DNA from: a virus
Virus record (IMG/VR): IMGVR_UViG_3300045988_023748
Reading direction: 5' to 3' (one strand)
DNA: 64,000 nt
The notes below the pieces were generated by a model. The model saw only the letters and a list, made by a program, of their open reading frames with translations. It did not search any database and was not told where the DNA came from. The position numbers were made by a program, and so were the translations under genes. Position 1 is the first letter of the stretch. The number at the start of each line of letters is the position of its first letter. This document shows positions 57,827-64,000 of this stretch, in pieces.

Positions 57827-58752
57827 TGGAAACTAGAGTATTAGTAATCTGTAGAGGAATTCAGGGAAGTGGCAAAACTAGTTTTGCTAAGCAGTGGTGT
57901 CATGAAGACCCGGAGCACAGAGTAAGATTTAACAATGACGATATTCGTAACATGCTGGGAGACTATTGGGTTCCTAGTAGAGAGGATGTTGTCACTGCAA
58001 CTTATAACACTGTACTAGCTTATAGTATGGAGAAAGGTTATAACATCATAGTTGATAATATGAACCTCAACCCTAAAACTTGTGCAGAGTTAGAGAAGAT
58101 GGTTAAGGACTTTAACGAGAATTATACCTACGATTGGAAGTATGAGATTGAATACAAAGATTTCTGGACTCCCGTAGATGAGTGTGTTCGTCGTGATGCT
58201 AAAAGAGAACATCCTATAGGTGAGAAAGTTATTAGACAGACTTGGAGACGCTATAGAGACTTCATAATTCATGAGGAAATTATGGCTGCTAAGGCTAAAG
58301 CATTAGTTCAAGACACTAACCTACCAGCAGCAATTATAGTAGATATGGATGCAACTGTGTGTCTGAATACTAGTGGTCGTCCGTTCTATGGAGAAGGTGC
58401 AGCTGAAGGTATGCTTACTGATGAGCCTATTACTCCTATTCTTGAACTTATTAGAAACTTCTGTGATAATTATCCTGCCAAGTTAATAATACTAACTGGT
58501 AGGGAAGATACTCCTGAAGTTCGTAAAGCTACAGAACAGTGGTTGGAGAATAACTTCCTACATCCAGATATGATTCTTATGCGTCCCGCTAATAGCTTCG
58601 TAGCTGGTCCTATATGTAAGAAGAAACTGTATGAGGACAATATCAAAGGCAAATTCTACATACCTTTCGTGCTTGAAGACAATTGTAAGTGTGTAGAGAT
58701 GTGGAGAAATGAAGGCTTAATTTGTTTACAACCAAACGAAGGTAAATTCTAA
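57826..58752 (+). CDS. pnk: polynucleotide 5'-kinase/3'-phosphatase (T4 Pnk-like)
   Basis: N-terminal P-loop ICRGIQGSGKTSFAK and a C-terminal HAD DxDxT motif IIVDMDATVC. Confidence 0.7.
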   Translation: METRVLVICRGIQGSGKTSFAKQWCHEDPEHRVRFNNDDIRNMLGDYWVPSREDVVTATYNTVLAYSMEKGYNIIVDNMNLNPKTCAELEKMVKDFNENYTYDWKYEIEYKDFWTPVDECVRRDAKREHPIGEKVIRQTWRRYRDFIIHEEIMAAKAKALVQDTNLPAAIIVDMDATVCLNTSGRPFYGEGAAEGMLTDEPITPILELIRNFCDNYPAKLIILTGREDTPEVRKATEQWLENNFLHPDMILMRPANSFVAGPICKKKLYEDNIKGKFYIPFVLEDNCKCVEMWRNEGLICLQPNEGKF

Positions 58753-58753
58753 A

Positions 58754-59128
58754 ATGAAACTGTTACAAAGACTAAAGAACTTGTTCCTGCCTGAAGGTGA
58801 GGTTTCAGACGGATTCCATACCTTTGATGAACTCTATCATTACAGAATGCTATATAATGCAGCATTCTTTAATGGTTTAGGGGGAAGATATGAAGTCCAT
58901 AAATCTTACAGACATGCAGATGGTGAACTATGCTTTGGAGGAGGATGGTTTATTGTTATGGCTAACCTTCCTACTGGTCAAGTAAGTAACCATTACAGAG
59001 TTGAAGAGTGGAATCTGTTCAATGTTCCTGAAAGATGGAAAGCTGATGAATGGGATGGTCATACTCCAGTTGAGGCTGCAAACAGATTATACAGATTCTC
59101 TTTATATTATGACAAATGGCATTACTAG
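58754..59128 (+). CDS. hypothetical protein
   Basis: ORF track. Confidence 0.4.
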   Translation: MKLLQRLKNLFLPEGEVSDGFHTFDELYHYRMLYNAAFFNGLGGRYEVHKSYRHADGELCFGGGWFIVMANLPTGQVSNHYRVEEWNLFNVPERWKADEWDGHTPVEAANRLYRFSLYYDKWHY

Positions 59129-59292
59129 TAGGTCAATTGATTGAAATTCTCCAAAGGTATGATCGAGACAGGGAAGTTATGATACATACTCTCAAGGGAG
59201 AGACTGTAGATGTTAACGGATACTTCGTACAGAGAGACCTAGATGATAACGGATTCTATTTAACAAATTTAGATGTAATTCCAAGTGACTGA
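59116..59292 (+). CDS. small protein (58 aa), not in track
   Basis: ATG 59116 overlaps the previous stop, read manually. Confidence 0.3.
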   Translation: MALLVGQLIEILQRYDRDREVMIHTLKGETVDVNGYFVQRDLDDNGFYLTNLDVIPSD

Positions 59293-59823
59293 TATGAAAC
59301 AAGAAATATGACGGATTTTGACAATAATAGCATACTAAATCTATTTATATGGGGAGTTCCTTGGCTAATACTAGGAGCTGTACTTGGGTTCATAACTCTA
59401 TTTATAGTTCCAGCTGCTCCTTTATGGGCATTTAGTATTGGATTGCTCCTTGTAACTACAGATAGACTAATTGAAGTAAATAAGTATAATAATGAGCGAA
59501 GAAGAATTTCACAAGAAGCGTAAACCATTTTATTTGGAGTCTGACACACTACTAGTTAAGTTTCCAACTAGTAAGCATATGGATTGCTCACATGCTAAAT
59601 GGTTTAGTGAGATTGGTTACCCGTTTGTACACACAGTCAGAGGTTATTATATAGAGGATGAGTATATAATGCTGTACTGGAATGATTTTGAAATTCCTAA
59701 TGTAAATGCTAGTGTATTCTCTTATTTATTTGACTTCTTTCCAACTATTAAGTGGATAGGTCTAGGATGTAACAAAGGAGCATTAGGAGAAGTATGGACA
59801 CCTAAACTTAAAATAACAAGAGG

Positions 59824-60447
59824 ATGATAGTAGATAATTTTGATCAGATATTAGATATATTAGAGTTTAATGACCCTAATGAATTCTACTTCTTACAAAT
59901 TATCCAGCGTAAGAAGGACGGTTGTGTAACTGACACAGGTAATAATGGCTACAGAACTGTTAAGACTTATTATATATTCAGCAGAGAGCAGCTAGAACGT
60001 AAAAGAGCAAAGATTACAGAATTATGTCAGAGTAATCATGCAAGAGCATATATAACTTTGAATAAGCGTAATGCTGAGCAAGTTGCTTGTACTGCAATTC
60101 AAGAATATGCTAAATTAATTCAGGAAGGCAATTGTTATCAAGGATATAGGATTTGGGATTCTTCATGTGGACATACTAGAGCTAGAGGTTATAAACCTCT
60201 TTGGATTGTTGATGTTGACAGTAAGAATGAAAATTATCTCAACAATATTATTAACATAGTTAATAATTGTAGAGGTTCTCAAGACGTAAAAGTAAAGCAT
60301 ATTATTCCTACAGTCCACGGATACCATCTTATAACAATAGGATTTGATACTAATCAGTTTGCTCAACAGCTTGCTATTAGGAACTTAGATTCTATTGATA
60401 TTCAAAAGGATAATCCCACATTACTATACTTTGATACCGGAAATTAA
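59824..60447 (+). CDS. hypothetical protein (207 aa)
   Basis: ORF track. Confidence 0.45.
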   Translation: MIVDNFDQILDILEFNDPNEFYFLQIIQRKKDGCVTDTGNNGYRTVKTYYIFSREQLERKRAKITELCQSNHARAYITLNKRNAEQVACTAIQEYAKLIQEGNCYQGYRIWDSSCGHTRARGYKPLWIVDVDSKNENYLNNIINIVNNCRGSQDVKVKHIIPTVHGYHLITIGFDTNQFAQQLAIRNLDSIDIQKDNPTLLYFDTGN

Positions 60448-60726
60448 GACTCGGTAACGAGATCTGTTAATAGATTACTTATTATTAATTTATGATTATT
60501 AATTAATGAGTAATTTACCTTTAGGGGCAGATTTGGATCCATTTGCTCCATATAACATAGAAGAGAAAGTCTTTAAGATTGATATTAACGCTAAAGGATT
60601 AGCATGGTATGAATATTATGGACATCTAGATGTAAATGAAGCTGTAGAAGCTATTAAGAGTAGAATACAAGCCGCACTTAGTAGTTTAGGAGATGTTGAT
60701 ATTAGTAATATTGACATAGAGGTTTC

Positions 60727-62627
60727 ATGATATATCTAGTAAGTAATCAGAAATCACTATTTGAAACTGATGCTTATAAAGAACTGTCTCTGTCTGACGC
60801 TATAGACATGATAATGCCTCATAGTTGGATAGAATATGATAGTGAAACTGCTGGTCTTGATCCATATACAAAACCTCTATTGTGTACTCAATATGGTTTA
60901 GGAGAGGATCAGATAGTTATTGATAATGTAACCATTCCAATTGAAAAGCTTAGATGTGTGCTTGAAGATCCTACTAAAACATTTCTAGGTTGGAATATTG
61001 CGTTTGATTTAAGGTTTCTATATCATCATAGAATAGTTCCTTATAATGTATGGGATGGAATGATTGCTGAGAAGATACTCTATCTAGGGTATCCTCCTCA
61101 GTTTCATAGTCTTGCTTTAAAAGCTGCCGCTGACTTCTATCTTGGTATAGATATTGATAAAACAGTTCGAGGACAAATTATCACACAAGGTTTAACAATA
61201 CCAGTAGTACAATATGCTGCTGGTGATGTTATGTATCTTACTAAGATTAAAGAGAAGCAAGATGCAGAGCTAGAGAAGAAAGAATTAACTAAGGCTGCTG
61301 AATTTGAAATGAAGTTTACTCCAGTAATTGCTTATATGGAATATTGTGGAGCTAAACTTGATCCAATCAAATGGAAGCAAAAGATGTCGAGGGATAAAGA
61401 AGAAGTTAATAAAGCAGAAGCTGCTCTTAATAAGTGGGTAGAGGATTATTATGAAGAACATAAATCTTCTACTGAGGGATATATTAGAGTATCTACCGAA
61501 GAAGTTCCCATTATGGAAGAGTTTAAACTATTTGATTCCCTAAACAATAATATGAGTAATGTAAAGAGAGTTCAGAATCCTCAAACTGGACTTATTCATT
61601 ATGAGTATGATAAAGCATTTCCATATGTAACACGTAATCTACAGGGAGATTTGTTCTCTGGATTTGATACTTGTGCTAAATGTAATGTAAACTGGTCTAG
61701 TAGCCAACAAGTAGTGCCTTTATTTGAACATCTAGGTCTTAACTGTACTACTATAGACCCAAAGACTAAAGTTAAGAAGAAATCTGCTGATATAAAGCTT
61801 ATTAAGCCACAAGCCAATAAGTGTACTATAGTTCCATTATATGTAGAGTATAAGAAGGCTAAAATACTTGTTGATACTTTTGGGCAGAAGTTTATAGATA
61901 AGATTAATCCAGTTAGTGGACGTATTCATCCAGATTATTTCCAATTAGGAGCCGATACTGGTCGATTGTCTGCAACCAACCCGTCCCTAATGAATCTTCC
62001 ACATGATCCATTTACTAGAAGTTGTTTTATAGCAGATTCTGGATATAAATGGATCAGTTGTGATTATAAAGGACAGGAATCCTTCTTAATGGCGTCTATT
62101 GCTAATGATGTGGCCATGTTGGACGAATTAGTAAATGGAAGTGGAGATTTACATAGTCTAACTGCTAGAATAGTATTCACTGATATTCCTGATGATACTC
62201 CATTATCTGAAGTTAAGGCTAAATATAAACCTCTTAGAGATGCTGCTAAAGGGTATGAGTTCTGTTTCAACTATGGAGGAGATTGGAACACTTTAATGAA
62301 GAACTATGGTCTTACTAAGAGAAGGGCTCAAGAAGTATATGATAATTATATGTCTGGTTTCTCTGGATTAAAGAGATATCAGGAATTTAGGAGGGAAGAC
62401 GTTCTAGATAAGGGATATATCCTTCTTAATCCTATTACTAAACATAAAGCATTCATATATGATTGGGATAATCTTTGTAAGATAGACAGCGAATTGGGTT
62501 CTCCAGAAGCTAAATATATGTTAGGATCTAACGGTGATAATTATTACAAAACAAGCTCTCAGCATTTGAGGAGAAGGTTATCTGATTCAATGAAACAATC
62601 TATTAACTATCCGATGAACTCACAAGT
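60727..62627 (+). CDS. polA: family-A DNA polymerase with 3'-5' exonuclease, exon 1 (through motif B)
   Basis: Exo motif YDSETAGLD; motif A SCDYKGQE; motif B RDAAKGYEFCFNYGG. Ends at PMNSQ(V), where Pol I has PMQGTAAD. Confidence 0.7.
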
Positions 62628-63626
62628 TGTGTCGGAGTAAAACTCCCTTAATTCGGTGAACCCTGGAGCACAAGTCGTGATGATTAACTGTATGGGAATA
62701 CCGAGCCAACCTAAACAGTAATGTTTAGAAGTGTGTAGAGACTAGAACACGGATTCCTTACTTTAGATGGTAAGGAAGGTAAAGTTCCACGAACAGGGAG
62801 AATATGTTATGTATTACACATAATATTAATTATCTTTGCAGGGTAATTAATAATTAAAAATTGTATTATGTGTAGTACTAAAATTTGCAAACGTTGTAAT
62901 AAAGAACAATCTATAGACAACTTCTATAAAGTCCCGTCTATGAAAGATGGACATGATAATACATGTAAGACTTGTAGGAAGGAGTTAAGAAGACTAAGAG
63001 ACGGAGTTAAAGTAACACCTATAGTTACTGAAGGTACACTAATCTGTCCTGTATGTAAACAAGAGTTACCAGTAGATAAGTTTGATACTTATGCTAAAAG
63101 TAAAACTGGTAGATATTGGATGTGTAGTGATTGCTATAAAGAGCATACATTAATTAATGGTGGACAAGATAAGAACTATTTCAGGAAGCTTAGAATTAAA
63201 CTATGTCCAGAATATAGAGAAGAAATTCAGCAGCAGAAGAAGGCGTCCAGAGAACGTAACATAGAACAAGCTATGTTAACCAGTGCCAAAAATCGTGCTG
63301 CCAGAAAGGGGTTAGAATTTAACTTGGAACTGTCTGATATAGTAATTCCAGAGAAATGTCCGCTGTTGGAAGTTCCATTCCATTTTGGAACTAAAGAATG
63401 CTATGATTACTCTCCATCTATTGATAGAATTGACAATTCTAAAGGATACGTTAAGGGAAATATTCAAATCATCAGTATGAAAGCTAACGCTATGAAGAAC
63501 TCTGCGTCTCTTGAGGAGTTATACACGTTTTGTAAAAACATATTAAGATATAGTCCGAACTGCACCGAACAGGTACAGAATTAGAGGATAAAGAGCCTCT
63601 AAGATAACAGAATGACAACATGCTGG
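62628..63626 (+). mobile_element. group I intron in polA carrying an HNH endonuclease (boundaries approximate)
   Basis: GAGACTAGAAC and TAAGATAACAG P7-like elements, plus a TATCTTTG box at 62831. Exon 2 has no need for its own start codon if spliced. Confidence 0.5.
62868..63584 (+). CDS. HNH-family homing endonuclease with N-terminal zinc fingers
   Basis: CxxC pairs ICPVCK/CSDC. C-terminal ...IDRIDNSKGYVKGNIQIIS..AN.MK HNH-like motif. Confidence 0.6.
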   Translation: MCSTKICKRCNKEQSIDNFYKVPSMKDGHDNTCKTCRKELRRLRDGVKVTPIVTEGTLICPVCKQELPVDKFDTYAKSKTGRYWMCSDCYKEHTLINGGQDKNYFRKLRIKLCPEYREEIQQQKKASRERNIEQAMLTSAKNRAARKGLEFNLELSDIVIPEKCPLLEVPFHFGTKECYDYSPSIDRIDNSKGYVKGNIQIISMKANAMKNSASLEELYTFCKNILRYSPNCTEQVQN

Positions 63627-63867
63627 TTCTATGTGTTTCAAATTATCTGCCATTAAATTCTTTAATTGGCTAAGGAAGAACAATTTGTTATTCACAGTTA
63701 GATACTGTGTACCTGTTCATGACGAGCACAATGTCGAAGCACCTGAAAATATTGCTGAAGAGGTAGGTAAGATACTTGTGAAGTGTATGGAAAGTGGAGG
63801 TGAGCCATTCTGTACTAGAGCACATTTAGGTGCAGATATATCTATTGAAGACTATTGGGTACATTAA
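63627..63867 (+). CDS. polA: polA exon 2 (motif C)
   Basis: FKLSAIKFFNWL aligns with Pol I IKRAMIAVDAWL. VPVHDE is motif C (QVHDE). Confidence 0.65.
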
Positions 63868-63868
63868 T

Positions 63869-64000
63869 TATGACAGAAATTGAAAGAAAGTATTTAGTAA
63901 AGAATAATAGCTATAAAGTACAGGCTCAGAAAGCAGGATTAATAATTCAAGGATATCTTGGAGATAATCCTCTATCTGAGACTAGAATAGCTATTAGGGA
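63869..64000 (+). CDS. hypothetical protein, partial (runs off window)
   Basis: ATG 63869, open to the window end. Confidence 0.35.

Noticed and set aside
60727-63867. Intein instead of intron in polA or nrdD
   Set aside because: The inserted ORFs start with their own ATG and promoter boxes. Upstream exon frames hit stop codons. Conserved group-I RNA blocks are present, so there is no in-frame Cys/Ser...HN intein architecture.
1-64000. Integrated-prophage attP interpretation of the orphan tRNA 3' fragments
   Set aside because: No integrase, excisionase or repressor genes in 64 kb. The fragments lie inside a tRNA array next to endonuclease genes, so recombination scars fit better.
1-64000. 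CRISPR array or rRNA genes
   Set aside because: No direct repeats with regular spacing and no rRNA-like conserved stretches were seen.

Overview
The window reads as a contiguous piece of a virulent, AT-rich phage genome. Every credible gene is on the + strand, and there is no integrase, rRNA or CRISPR array.

- The first ~22 kb is a tRNA-gene cluster. About 12 complete tRNAs can be folded by eye: His, Phe, Thr, Gln, two CAU, Leu(UAG), Leu(UAA), Arg(ACG), Arg(CCU), an Asp-like and a Ser-like one.
- The same cluster holds many truncated or split tRNA-like pieces interleaved with small ORFs and endonuclease genes. It also carries a conserved hairpin element that sits immediately upstream of three tRNA 5' ends.
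- The rest is a replication and nucleotide-metabolism module: an SF2 DExH helicase, a DnaB-like helicase, a primase, a Dda-like helicase, RNase H, DNA ligase, dUTPase, a 5'-nucleotidase, anaerobic ribonucleotide reductase NrdD/NrdG, and a family-A DNA polymerase with a 3'-5' exonuclease domain.
- A tRNA/RNA repair module is present: an RNA ligase, a CCA-adding enzyme and a T4-Pnk-like kinase/phosphatase.
- At least four group-I-type introns split essential genes: one in the helicase (at DE|CH of motif II), two in nrdD, one in polA. Each carries an HNH or GIY-YIG homing endonuclease gene.
- Each of these endonuclease genes is preceded by a TAnnTTTG -7 box, the Bacteroidetes sigma-A promoter type. 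That motif, the anaerobic NrdDG reductase and the low GC content suggest a Bacteroidales/Bacteroidetes host.
- Other cargo worth noting: an NfeD-like membrane protein next to an SPFH/flotillin protein (a yuaF-floT-like pair); a vWA protein, a short archaeal-type PurA-like adenylosuccinate-synthetase homolog (PurZ candidate) and a classic AAA ATPase in one cluster; a protein with a ribosomal L7/L12 C-terminal-like domain; a bactofilin-like repeat protein.

All calls come from reading the sequence and the supplied ORF track. No database searches were run, so the product names are motif-based inferences.
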